64,000 bases of DNA from Nitrospirota bacterium (GTDB taxonomy: Bacteria > Nitrospirota > Nitrospiria > Nitrospirales > NS-4): assembly GCA_963788195.1 (NCBI GenBank), contig CAWBGA010000017.1, positions 32,001-96,000 of the forward strand, given 5' to 3'. A program made the position numbers and the translations under genes. The notes beneath the pieces were generated by a model, which saw only the letters and a program-made list of their open reading frames with translations, searched no databases and was not told where the DNA came from. Below are positions 45,228 to 54,864 of the stretch, piece by piece. Within the stretch, counting starts at the first letter, position 1. Each line of letters starts with the position of its first letter.

Positions 45228-45764
45228 TCATCGCCATCTTTGAATCGACCAGGCTGCCGCAATCCATATCAACGAAGGAATCCAAATCCAGATGAATTCG
45301 CTTTGCAACACGGCAAGACCGCGACGGCTAAGAAAGGCCTGTACCCCGATTGGAGAGACTTCAACCGGGCGCCAGGGAAGAAAATAGCGGCTATTTTCAA
45401 AGGGCGCGAAGAACGCGACGCCAAGCCCCCCGTTCGTCATCGCATCGAGGATGGGATGTGAGGCGGTCACCGCAAAGAAATAGGCGACCAGCCCCCACCA
45501 AGCCGGAGACAGCCCTTCTGCCTGCGGAAAGGCCAGGCCGACCACAGCCAGCGCCAGAACGGCCGCAAATGCGAAGGAATGCGTAATGCCACGGTGCCCC
45601 CACACGCTCGCGTACGGAATGCCGAAGGCGTGGCCGATCACATCGATGTCGGGAAGAATCGAACACGCGATCGAGACGATCCAAAAGCGAGTGGAAGATG
45701 GAGGAGCCGGGGGCGCGGTTCCGAGCGCCACTGCCACAACGGCGTGGGAGAAGATCGACGGCAT
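45228..45764 (-). CDS. membrane metal-dependent hydrolase (YbcI/LexA-regulated family)
   Basis: SH, LPDID, HRGITHS, SHPILDAMT. Confidence 0.85.
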   Translation of the reverse strand: MPSIFSHAVVAVALGTAPPAPPSSTRFWIVSIACSILPDIDVIGHAFGIPYASVWGHRGITHSFAFAAVLALAVVGLAFPQAEGLSPAWWGLVAYFFAVTASHPILDAMTNGGLGVAFFAPFENSRYFLPWRPVEVSPIGVQAFLSRRGLAVLQSEFIWIWIPSLIWIAAAWSIQRWR

Positions 45765-45789
45765 GGCTGCAGTTAACGGAAGAAGACCG

Positions 45790-46604
45790 CTAGGAGGAGG
45801 CCGGGAGCGGCTTCTCCGGCGGCGGGGCGTTGAGCGTCTTTAAATAGAACGCGATGGCCTTCGCGTCCTCGTCGCTGACGCCGAGATTGGGCATCTTTGT
45901 CTCCGACTTCATGATCTGCGGATACCGGATCCAGCGATAGACCCACGGCCCGTTCAAGCGGAATCCGGCGCGATCCAAAGCCGGTCCCACCTCTCCACCC
46001 TCTGTCCCGATTTTATGGCAGGCATTGCAGCCGTACTTGTTCAGATAGAGCTGCTTGCCGCGTTCAGCCAACCGTGCTTCTTCGGCGGGCGAGGCCGTGA
46101 GCGTGGGCTTGGGGATCGCCGCCATCTTGGGCCGTTCTTTCTTCAGCTTGTCCCAGTCGGCCTTTTCGAGTTTCATCCCGTGCAGGGTCCGCACATAGGC
46201 GACCAGACTCCACAAGCTCCTCCTCGGAAAGCGTGTACTTAAACGTGGGCATGGTCGGCACGGCGAATTCCTCATCGCCGATCTTGTCCCCGGTGCCCGG
46301 AGTCGTATCCTTCATATCGCGAGCCACGGTCTCGAAGAGTCTCCTCATCCTTGAGGGTGCTCATTTCGTCCTTGTTCGTGAGATCTTTCGGCTTGGGATC
46401 CGGCATCAGCTTCCAGTTATAGCCTTCGCCCGGTTTGCCGTTCTCGCCATGACAGTGAGAGCAGTAGTAGGCGTACAACTCGCGTCCCTTCTTGACGTGT
46501 TCATTTTGAAACAGCGTGCAGCCGGTAACGCCGACGAGCACAGCCACCATTGTGATCGTGAAGATACCTATCAGCCGGGATGTGACTCGATGCAACTTTT
46601 TCAC
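45790..46604 (-). CDS. diheme c-type cytochrome lipoprotein (frameshifts ~46345, ~46215)
   Basis: Lipobox VTGC; CSHCH and CNACH; Met ligands in MP motifs. Confidence 0.82.
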
Positions 46605-47542
46605 GCGGGTGGCCCCTTTTGCACCTTGCGGATGATGACAAACTCCACGCCGGCCGCCAGGACGACGGCCACAAGACCGTACAGATAGATGGAGTAGTCC
46701 GGAGGCGGCTCGGCGTTGAAATACCACCATGAGGTGACGGCCTTTCGTGATCCCGATTCTCTCAGATCGCCGCTCTCCAATTTATGACCGTCCCATACGG
46801 CAAACGCGATATTAGGAAATGTGCCGACCTCGAACTGCGCATCCTGCGGGTCGGTCGTTTTCAGCGCGCGTGTCAACACGACCCGCCACACCCCGTTCAC
46901 CTCTTTCTCGACCACTTTCGTCTCTTCGTCGACGATCGGCTCCCCGGTCTTCGGGTCTTTCACAATTTCCCCTTTCGGGTCTTTTCGCAGACTCGCCTTT
47001 CGCTCCTTGAAGTGAATCTTGGTCTTCTCGTCTTTCCAGACGCCCTTAGCCTGGACATCCTGCTGGGCCTGCTTCTTGAGCGTCCCGAAGCCCTGCGCAG
47101 TCATATCGGCCGCGGGGGCATCCATCCGCCAGTACCAGATATTGACCGGACCGCCTTCCACCTGCGCCATCGGCTGGCCATGCGCGAAGTGAGCTTTCTT
47201 GTCCCCGACCATAAACTCAAGCGCCGCCGCGTCCCCCGGATCCTGAGTCGGATCGGCGTATTCCAGCATAAAGGCGATCTGCTTGTTGTTGTGAACACCA
47301 CGGACCTTGATGGATTTGGCTGTCACTGACCCAATGCGCTGCTGCCAATGCACTTGTGGCGACATCGGGAATTCAGTCACCTCAGCTTTGTTCCAATCCG
47401 GAGACAGAGGGTCTGTCGGCACCTCGCCTTGGATTAATTTCAGCCGGACCACGGTCGTCTCCTGAGAGAAGCCCGGCGGAACCCACAGCAATCCAACGGT
47501 GAAGCTGAGGACGGCCGCGTACAGATATCGATCGAGGGCCAT
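46601..47542 (-). CDS. DMSO-reductase type II/ethylbenzene dehydrogenase gamma-like heme b protein (NxrC-candidate type)
   Basis: Signal peptide, DAAALEF, VNIWYW, GFGTL, AFAVWDG, C-terminal TM anchor. Confidence 0.78.
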   Translation of the reverse strand: MALDRYLYAAVLSFTVGLLWVPPGFSQETTVVRLKLIQGEVPTDPLSPDWNKAEVTEFPMSPQVHWQQRIGSVTAKSIKVRGVHNNKQIAFMLEYADPTQDPGDAAALEFMVGDKKAHFAHGQPMAQVEGGPVNIWYWRMDAPAADMTAQGFGTLKKQAQQDVQAKGVWKDEKTKIHFKERKASLRKDPKGEIVKDPKTGEPIVDEETKVVEKEVNGVWRVVLTRALKTTDPQDAQFEVGTFPNIAFAVWDGHKLESGDLRESGSRKAVTSWWYFNAEPPPDYSIYLYGLVAVVLAAGVEFVIIRKVQKGPPA

Positions 47543-47548
47543 TTTTCC

Positions 47549-48269
47549 TTACTCCCAGGTCCTGGGCTTATGTCCCGAGCCAGCGTACTCGCCCATGATG
47601 ATCTTCCAGATCATGTCATCTGACAGTTCCACTTCCCACCGAGGCATCGCCGATTTCCAGGGATGTCCCTCTACGGATAAACCGACACCCCCTTTCTTGA
47701 TACGCCAGAACAGGTAGGACTCCTGGAGTTGCGCAATCGTCCCAGGATCCACAAAGTTCGCTGGCGGGTGGATTAAAACCATCCGAGGCAGGGCCGTTGC
47801 CGTCGAACTTGGCTCCATGGCACGGAGAACAGAATGCCGAATAGAATCCCTTGCCTTGCATCACATTCTCAGGGGTATTCGGAAGCGGATTCGACAGTCC
47901 GACGAATTCGCCCGGCGGCGCCGGATGGATCGTGCGGTTCTCAGACGGAGGTTGGTAGCTCGGAACCAGGCCGCTATAGGTCTGCCAGCCCACGAGCAGC
48001 GGGAAGAGCGCGAGCACAGCGAATCGCGCGATTTTTGTGGGGCCGCGGAGACCATCCCCGCCGAGAAACCGGAAAATCGGTCCGAACAGGGCTTCAGTCG
48101 AATGGCCGCTGAGGGTGCCGAAGACGATGATCCCAATGACCGTTAAGAAGAGATATACCCAAATCAAGCTCATCGGAAGCGGCGCGGTCACCAGTGGCAG
48201 TCCGAACTTCAAAATAAGGAAGACTGCCGCCACAAGGATACCGCCCTTAATCGCTAACGATGAGCCCAT
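47549..48269 (-). CDS. membrane-anchored c-type cytochrome (frameshift ~47770)
   Basis: Three TM helices, CSPCH, PPANF, SAMP. Confidence 0.82.
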
Positions 48270-48286
48270 GCGTCTTCTCCCTTTAA

Positions 48287-48340
48287 TGTCACCCTGAACG
48301 ACGTGAAGGGTCTAGATTCTTCGCTTCGCTCAGAATGACA
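48287..48340. repeat. REP-like imperfect palindrome
   Basis: TGTCACCCTGAACGACGTGAAGGGTCT / AGATTCTTCGCTTCGCTCAGAATGACA in the intergenic region. Confidence 0.7.
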
Positions 48341-48372
48341 GCGATTGCTCTCACGATAAGACTTTGTGACTC

Positions 48373-49194
48373 TCACAGCGGCTTCGCGGTCGCCTTGACA
48401 TCCCGCAGGTATGCCTGGAGATCATCGAACTCTCTCACCGGTAACTTCTCCAAACCTTGGTGATTCCTTGCCCCGGGCTTGGGCTCGGTTAAAATTTTCT
48501 GACGTACGGCACCGTCACTTTGCTTCAGGAGGACCGGGACGAGGTTGCCCTTCACGCCGCCGATCGAGTGACACGTCGCGCACAGCGACTGAAATACTTT
48601 TTGGCCGGCGGCCTTGTCTCCTACCACCATCAACCTGTCCTGTGGAGCTTCAATCTCGGACAACTCGACCGTAACCTCTTCTCCCGACATACTCTGCAAG
48701 AATGCGATCACGGCGAGGATCTCGTTATTATTGAGACCGATCGGCATCTTATTGATGTAAGGCATTTTCGCCGGAAAGAACTTTGCGCGTCCCTCGTGCT
48801 GGTAGTCCATGTAAATGTAGGCCTGTGGCTGGGTAAGGCTCTCATAAATAAACTGTCGCGTGAGTTTGGCGCCGACGCCCTTGAGGTCGGGACAGCGACC
48901 CTCGCTGCTTCCGATCGTATGGCAAAGCGCGCATTGACCCTTGCCGAAGAAGATCTTTTGCCCGAGGCCGGCGAGGTCCTTCTTGTCCTTGATCGAGGCG
49001 ACATCGAACTTCTCGACAGCAGGGGGCAGGGACGCCATCTGGGGAACTCCCAAGGCTACCAGGGAGAAAGCGCCCAGGACCATGGCCACAAAGGCGACCA
49101 CCCGCATGAACCGGGCCTTCACAAACAGCAATAGGGCGCCTCCTAGGCCAAGAACACTTAACCCGATGGTCTGCAGTAACTGAGTTTCAGTCAT
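48373..49194 (-). CDS. membrane-anchored diheme c-type cytochrome
   Basis: Two N-terminal TM helices; CALCH and CATCH. Confidence 0.88.
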   Translation of the reverse strand: MTETQLLQTIGLSVLGLGGALLLFVKARFMRVVAFVAMVLGAFSLVALGVPQMASLPPAVEKFDVASIKDKKDLAGLGQKIFFGKGQCALCHTIGSSEGRCPDLKGVGAKLTRQFIYESLTQPQAYIYMDYQHEGRAKFFPAKMPYINKMPIGLNNNEILAVIAFLQSMSGEEVTVELSEIEAPQDRLMVVGDKAAGQKVFQSLCATCHSIGGVKGNLVPVLLKQSDGAVRQKILTEPKPGARNHQGLEKLPVREFDDLQAYLRDVKATAKPL

Positions 49195-49208
49195 GCGCGC
49201 TCTCCACG

Positions 49209-51023
49209 TTACTGCGTATGCAAGCCAGCCGCGGGCACAGTTGATGGCGGCACGGCGGTTTTCATCCGCTTCTTTTCATCGGGAATGGCCTTGAGTGAGG
49301 CATCACCTTTGCCGCCGCCGAGCGAAGCCACCCAGAAGATAAACGCCACGAGTAAACAGAACAAGAAGGTGTTGAGCGCCATGAGGGCCGCCGCATATCC
49401 CAACGCCGGAGAATAAGCATATGGGGACGTGTCCTGCATCACCCCATAAATATGCCAATGCACGCGGGAAGATGAGCGCGCGTATCCCATGAGGCTCATG
49501 AGCAAGATGACCATGACCGCGTTCAGCACCAGCGCGTACCCGGCGCGGGGGGGCATGACGCCCCAGATCATCTCCGTCGTGGTCTTCGCGCTCTTCAGCA
49601 ACAGACCCGTCAACGGCGTGACCGTCAACAGGACAAAGAGCACGACCAGCACCTGCGTCGTCGAGAAATAATTAATCCGGGTGATCGCGGGGACGAAATA
49701 TCCCCACACCCCCAGGACCACAACGACGATGGCCGCAAGGCCCAGGATGCCTCCCATACCGAGCCTCGCTGCTTTGGCCCATCCTGCGGTCTCTTGCTTG
49801 CCCGCGCGCCAGTACATAATGAAACTCATAAACGTCACAAGGATCATCAAGTTCGCAACCGTCATTTTAGCCGACATGACGCCGAACACACCCAGCAGGG
49901 GATGGTGCGTACCGCCCATCTTGCGAGCCTCCTCGAGGCTCGCAACGAGCGAGTGCGGCGTCATCCATATGCCGAGGCAGACCAGGAGTATGACCAACAT
50001 GGTGAGGATGGGGCGCCGGTATTTGGGCTCGGAGCCGGGAATGCGATACATGATGCCGAGCCAAAAATAGTAATTCGCTCCCAAGAACAGGATGCCGATC
50101 AACATCGCCTGGAGAATGAACAGCCAGGATAAAAAACCGCCCATTAACGTGATGCCCATCTGCTGGTTGTACTGGTATACCTCCCGCATCAGCCAATAGC
50201 CGGCAAACGGCAGCGGCAACATTCCGAATACCCCGATGAAGTTTCCGACATAACCCATCCAGTCATAATGCACGCGCTCCTCTTGATTGGGGGCCATGAG
50301 GTAGCGCAACCCTGCATAGGCGCCGCATATAAAACCGCCCAGGACGACATTCGCGATCAAGCGGTGAATGTTGACCGGCCACCAGGTGGGATTCCAGGTC
50401 GCCGCCCACGCCCTCGCCCACATGGTGCCCTCACCAATCACCACTGGGCTGGCCTGAAAGGTCGCCCAGGAATTCGGCACGATCATGATGAAGAACGCGA
50501 AGACGTTCAGGAGAAATCCCAGGAACAGATGCAGCCCTTTTTTTCTGCCCTGCATCGCGTCCCATCCGTACCAGTACAGGTAGAGGGTGACGGTCTCAAG
50601 CAGGAAGAGCACACAATAGAAGATAAATGACGGGAAGAAAATGTCCGTCAGGTAGTTCATGAGTTTGGGATAGAGGCCAATCAACATAAATAAGAGGATT
50701 CCGCCGAATAAGGCCGTGGTCGCATACGCGGAAGTCAACAGCTTGGTAAATTCCTTCGCCAGCTTGTCGTACCGCGGATCCTTCGACCGCACGCCCACGA
50801 TTTCGCAGACCCACGCAAAGATCGGAACACCCAACACGAAGCCGGCCAGCAGCAGGTGTTGCTGCGCAATGATCCAGATCAGGTTCCGGCTGCCCATTCC
50901 AGGGATATCGCGATACTCGACCGCTGCAGCCGCCGGCGCTTCCTGCGCGTAGACCAAGGCCAGCGGCGCTAATGTCAGCAAGATCATAAAACCCAGACCG
51001 ATGTAGACCGCTCGGCCTTTCAT
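49209..51023 (-). CDS. cytochrome bd-type oxidase subunit I-like protein (extra HH and HxH motifs)
   Basis: Polytopic; AQQHLLLAGF, E in FLLET, NIHR, GYAR; also GGTHHP and VHWH. Confidence 0.85.
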   Translation of the reverse strand: MKGRAVYIGLGFMILLTLAPLALVYAQEAPAAAAVEYRDIPGMGSRNLIWIIAQQHLLLAGFVLGVPIFAWVCEIVGVRSKDPRYDKLAKEFTKLLTSAYATTALFGGILLFMLIGLYPKLMNYLTDIFFPSFIFYCVLFLLETVTLYLYWYGWDAMQGRKKGLHLFLGFLLNVFAFFIMIVPNSWATFQASPVVIGEGTMWARAWAATWNPTWWPVNIHRLIANVVLGGFICGAYAGLRYLMAPNQEERVHYDWMGYVGNFIGVFGMLPLPFAGYWLMREVYQYNQQMGITLMGGFLSWLFILQAMLIGILFLGANYYFWLGIMYRIPGSEPKYRRPILTMLVILLVCLGIWMTPHSLVASLEEARKMGGTHHPLLGVFGVMSAKMTVANLMILVTFMSFIMYWRAGKQETAGWAKAARLGMGGILGLAAIVVVVLGVWGYFVPAITRINYFSTTQVLVVLFVLLTVTPLTGLLLKSAKTTTEMIWGVMPPRAGYALVLNAVMVILLMSLMGYARSSSRVHWHIYGVMQDTSPYAYSPALGYAAALMALNTFLFCLLVAFIFWVASLGGGKGDASLKAIPDEKKRMKTAVPPSTVPAAGLHTQ

Positions 51024-51024
51024 A

Positions 51025-51912
51025 CTATTTCCCCTTCTGCTCCGCCTTCGGTTTCTGGTCGGGCGTCTGCTCGGGCTTCTTTCCTTCTTTCTTTTCTTTT
51101 GCCTTGTCTTGTTCGAGCGCGTGCAAGACTGCTTCCGCCTTTGCCAGCGATGTCTCCGTACGCTTGAGGATGTCTTCGGGCTTTACCGGTTTCACCGGCT
51201 TGGCGACCTCACTCTTGTAATCCTCAGATGGGTGCGGGGTGGTCACGGGTAACACGGTCCAGAAGAAAATGGTGAACAGGACGATGACCGCTGCAAAGGA
51301 GATAAACATCAGCCCCTGGTCCCGCGGGACTCGAGAGTAATCCCACTGTCGGACCCGCTCGACAAAGGGCTCCGCCGTCGAGCGCCCCGTCGATTCGACA
51401 GTCGCCTTAATGCGCCATCCATAAACCTGCAGCGCGACTAACGCGAGGACAATCAGAGCGACAAGCGGCGGAATACTCCACAGCAGAACGTCCAGCGTGA
51501 TCTGCTCAGCAATCGGAAATTCCGGAAATACTTTCTTGATCCCGGCGACGATGGCGTCGTCCATCTGCTTGGCGATCGACGCCGCGGCCCCGACGACATA
51601 ATACGCGGCGGCAAGAAACGCGCCTCCGATGATTGCACCCTGCCACCAGAGTTTAACCCCGATCGGGCCCTCCAATTCCATACTATACCGCTCAAGAAAG
51701 TACGTCCGCGCGGTGAGTCGCAAAGCCCAAATATCAATCGGGATGGAGATGACAAGTAAGGCTGCTAAGCCGGCGCCTTCCCATGGATGCACCTGCATGG
51801 CGAGAAGCAAAACCACGACAATCAACTTGAAAGGTAACCCGGTCCAGAAGGCCGACCAGCAGACGTCCCAGGCGACTTTAATGGATGATACTGTGTCGAG
51901 GGTCCCGCTCAT
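51025..51912 (-). CDS. hypothetical membrane protein
   Basis: Several TM segments, charged tail; tightly packed in the operon. Confidence 0.75.
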   Translation of the reverse strand: MSGTLDTVSSIKVAWDVCWSAFWTGLPFKLIVVVLLLAMQVHPWEGAGLAALLVISIPIDIWALRLTARTYFLERYSMELEGPIGVKLWWQGAIIGGAFLAAAYYVVGAAASIAKQMDDAIVAGIKKVFPEFPIAEQITLDVLLWSIPPLVALIVLALVALQVYGWRIKATVESTGRSTAEPFVERVRQWDYSRVPRDQGLMFISFAAVIVLFTIFFWTVLPVTTPHPSEDYKSEVAKPVKPVKPEDILKRTETSLAKAEAVLHALEQDKAKEKKEGKKPEQTPDQKPKAEQKGK

Positions 51913-51924
51913 GCTATCTTCCCG

Positions 51925-53010
51925 CTAATCGAGAAACTCTCGGTTCAGGATCGCCGATACCGTCAGCACCAGAATGCCGATCATCACCACCGCCCACGAA
52001 ACCAGCGCGATGGGTCGTTTGAAAATGTTTCGCTCAGGGCTGCGATCGATGAACGGCAACGCTGCCAGCAGAAGCATAAACAGTCCCGGAAGCGCGATGG
52101 CGCCCAAAAACTGCCCAAACTCTCCCGCGAAGATCTTCCAGCGAAGCACTTGGAACAGGAAGAGAAAATACCATTCCGGTTCCGGATGGTAATCCCCGGG
52201 GTCGGGCGTCGCCTCCTGCAATAATTGAACAGGTTCAATCATCGCCAACGCCGAGATTGCTAAGAAGACCGCTGCCATAGCGATGATGTCTTTCCACACC
52301 TGTCGTGGGAAGAAAAAGTCCGTCTTCGCCTTGAGCTCTTCGGGCGTTCCGCGAAACGGCCCGGCTGGCCCCGCCGATCGGAAGAGAAAGAGATGCAGCC
52401 CGGCCAGCCCCATTAAAGCTGCCGGTAGGATCATGACATGGATGACAAAGAAGCGGCTCAATGTCATCTGCCCAGGCGTGGGCCCTCCTTTTAGAAATCG
52501 CGCGAGAAAGTCTCCCACGATGGGGGTCTTATCCATGATCTCGACTCCCACCGTCGTGGCCCAATAGGCGCGCTGATCCCACGGCAAGAGATAGCCGGTG
52601 AAGCCGAACCCCATGACCAGTCCGAAGAGGGCGAGACCGACGAGCCAGACCATCTCGCGGGGCTTCTTGTAAGCCCCCCACAGAAAGACCTGGGACATGT
52701 GCGCAAATACCACCACGACCATCGCCGAAGAGCCCCAGAAGTGGTAGCTCAAAATGAACCAGCCGTAGTCAACTTCATGCAGAATGTACTGGGTGCTGGC
52801 ATAGGCATGGTCGGCGCTGGGGATGTAATAGAACATCAGCAGGATGCCGGTCACAGCCTGCATGATAAAGATGAAGAGCAACACCGAACCGAACACATAT
52901 GCCCACCGGGAACCGCCCTTGATCGGCTCATTCATCAACTTCGTCTCGAGCGTCTTCAGACCGATCCGCTCATCCACGAAGTCGTAGACTTTTTGACCCA
53001 TCGCGTTCAT
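51925..53010 (-). CDS. qcrB: cytochrome b of a Rieske/cytochrome b complex
   Basis: H.W...H heme ligands, GFTGYLLPWDQ, RFFVIH, PEWYFLF. Confidence 0.93.
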   Translation of the reverse strand: MNAMGQKVYDFVDERIGLKTLETKLMNEPIKGGSRWAYVFGSVLLFIFIMQAVTGILLMFYYIPSADHAYASTQYILHEVDYGWFILSYHFWGSSAMVVVVFAHMSQVFLWGAYKKPREMVWLVGLALFGLVMGFGFTGYLLPWDQRAYWATTVGVEIMDKTPIVGDFLARFLKGGPTPGQMTLSRFFVIHVMILPAALMGLAGLHLFLFRSAGPAGPFRGTPEELKAKTDFFFPRQVWKDIIAMAAVFLAISALAMIEPVQLLQEATPDPGDYHPEPEWYFLFLFQVLRWKIFAGEFGQFLGAIALPGLFMLLLAALPFIDRSPERNIFKRPIALVSWAVVMIGILVLTVSAILNREFLD

Positions 53011-53954
53011 TAGGCGATCCGTACCTGTTCGTGCTTGCCCGCCTTGTACTCAATATCGATGACTTCAATGTCCCCCGCAGGCGACACCTTAATGGGGAGT
53101 ACATCAAGCGGTCGCGGCGCCGGGCCATCAAGAACCTTTCCGGCCACGTCATAAAGACTCAGGTGACAGGGACACAGGAACACCTGCCCGCGTGTTTTGT
53201 GAGAGCGCCACTTATACCCGCAGCCCAGATGCGGACACTTGCCGGAATAGGCGACGTAAGGCACCGTCGCTTTATTCACCCAGACGACATTGCCCGCGTT
53301 ATCGTAGAAGCTGACGTCTCCGTGCGGGTAGACGTTCTTCAGAACATCGGGACTAGCCTTGACCACCCAGTTGCTCTTATCGTCCTCGCGGGTCAGCACT
53401 GAATCCTTCACACTTTTCTTGAACATGAACTGCACACCGACGTTCTCTTGTTTAATCTTGCTGACGTTGCCCACTTTCCACCATCGGTTGTCGTACGGCG
53501 CATACATGGGTTTCATGACATAGCTCAACGCCGGCCAAATCAACGGGAGGCCGATAAGGACGCCCATCAGATTTGTGAATCCTGCAAAAAACCTGCGCCG
53601 GGGAACGCTTTTTTCAAGATTGGGGATGGGAACGAAGACCTGGCCGGTCTCCACGTGGATCGTCTCTTCGAGATGCGGAATCTCCACTTCTTTGGAACTG
53701 AGATAATTCTCGCGGGCGAATACCGGGTATTCCGCGAGCTGAGCGCAACTACAATGCAGATCGACCGCCTCGTGCTCCGTCTTGGCGACCACCGTCATGG
53801 GAACCTGCCGCTCGGTGCCGTTCACCATTATGACAAGGTGGCTGACGGTAAGAGAGAGCGGGTCCGCGATAACATGAGCCACCTCTCCCCCGACTCCGTC
53901 GATACAGCGAACCTTGGACTTTATTTGAGGTTGCATCTGTTTTCCCGAACTCAC
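53010..53954 (-). CDS. qcrA: Rieske iron-sulfur protein with N-terminal PRC-barrel-like extension
   Basis: CPHLGC and CPCHLS; internal twin-arginine RRRFF plus TM; GPAPRPL. Confidence 0.9.
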   Translation of the reverse strand: MSSGKQMQPQIKSKVRCIDGVGGEVAHVIADPLSLTVSHLVIMVNGTERQVPMTVVAKTEHEAVDLHCSCAQLAEYPVFARENYLSSKEVEIPHLEETIHVETGQVFVPIPNLEKSVPRRRFFAGFTNLMGVLIGLPLIWPALSYVMKPMYAPYDNRWWKVGNVSKIKQENVGVQFMFKKSVKDSVLTREDDKSNWVVKASPDVLKNVYPHGDVSFYDNAGNVVWVNKATVPYVAYSGKCPHLGCGYKWRSHKTRGQVFLCPCHLSLYDVAGKVLDGPAPRPLDVLPIKVSPAGDIEVIDIEYKAGKHEQVRIA

Positions 53955-54036
53955 TTCCCAACATCCCTTCTCGCGGGCGCGGTAATGATAATCCGCCTCA
54001 ACCTTGCTACGGAAACGAGCAGGACAGCAGGCCTGT

Positions 54037-54861
54037 TCATTTCTTGATCGACTTCGGCGTCTCGACCGACGAATTCTTTAGAGTTGCGAGATAGGCGACA
54101 AGATAGTCGACCTCCTGGTCAGACATTAATTCCTTGTACTTGTCCGGCATCAGCTTCTTGTTATATTCCTTCTCGAAACCCTCCGCCATGTAGGACCGCG
54201 GATTGAGAAGCTTCTCTTTCAGCTCCTCGGGTTTCATGATATTGCCGATGTTATCGAGATGCGGGCCTCGCTTCTTCAGACCGCCCTTGCCCCCCACCTT
54301 ATGGCAGTTGTAACACTCCTGCAGGTCGTACTGCTCCAATCCAAGCGCTACGACATCCCCGGCGGCTGGTTTCGGGCGCCCCGGCTCTTCGCCTTTCACC
54401 GATGCTTCAATATCCTTGACCTGCGCGCCGCCCAGCGTCTCCAACCGCTTCAAGATAGCCTGGCTCTGCGCATTGAGTTCGTCGGTCCGTTTCAGGAGGT
54501 CCGCGACCCTGCCCTTCTCCGTTGCCGCCAGTTTCGGTTTTACAATCTTGTCGATCTTCCCTTTCTCCACCTGCGGATCATATTGGGGCAACACGTAGGC
54601 ACCGGCGATAAACACTCCCGAGATCACTGCATAAAACACGACGAGCGCGATGAGCGCCTTCATTCCGCCCAGGGGCGGAAGCGGCGGCGCATCCAATAGG
54701 ATGTAAACCAAAGTTCCAAGGAAAGCGTAGAACACGAACATGATCTGAAATACCGGCGGAAAGTGCAGCAGACGGGCGGCAATATACACGACCGACGCGA
54801 CAACGACTCCCACAGCCGTGCGGGAGATCACCAGCCCCGTCAGGCTCCTCGTGCTCGGCAT
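54037..54861 (-). CDS. membrane-anchored c-type cytochrome
   Basis: Three TM helices, CYNCH, GPHL, MP. Confidence 0.88.
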   Translation of the reverse strand: MPSTRSLTGLVISRTAVGVVVASVVYIAARLLHFPPVFQIMFVFYAFLGTLVYILLDAPPLPPLGGMKALIALVVFYAVISGVFIAGAYVLPQYDPQVEKGKIDKIVKPKLAATEKGRVADLLKRTDELNAQSQAILKRLETLGGAQVKDIEASVKGEEPGRPKPAAGDVVALGLEQYDLQECYNCHKVGGKGGLKKRGPHLDNIGNIMKPEELKEKLLNPRSYMAEGFEKEYNKKLMPDKYKELMSDQEVDYLVAYLATLKNSSVETPKSIKK

Positions 54862-54864
54862 ACG

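Noticed and set aside
46601..47542. Definitive nxrC call
   Set aside because: The fold family is supported, but no nxrA/nxrB is in the window and the function of these paralogs is unproven.
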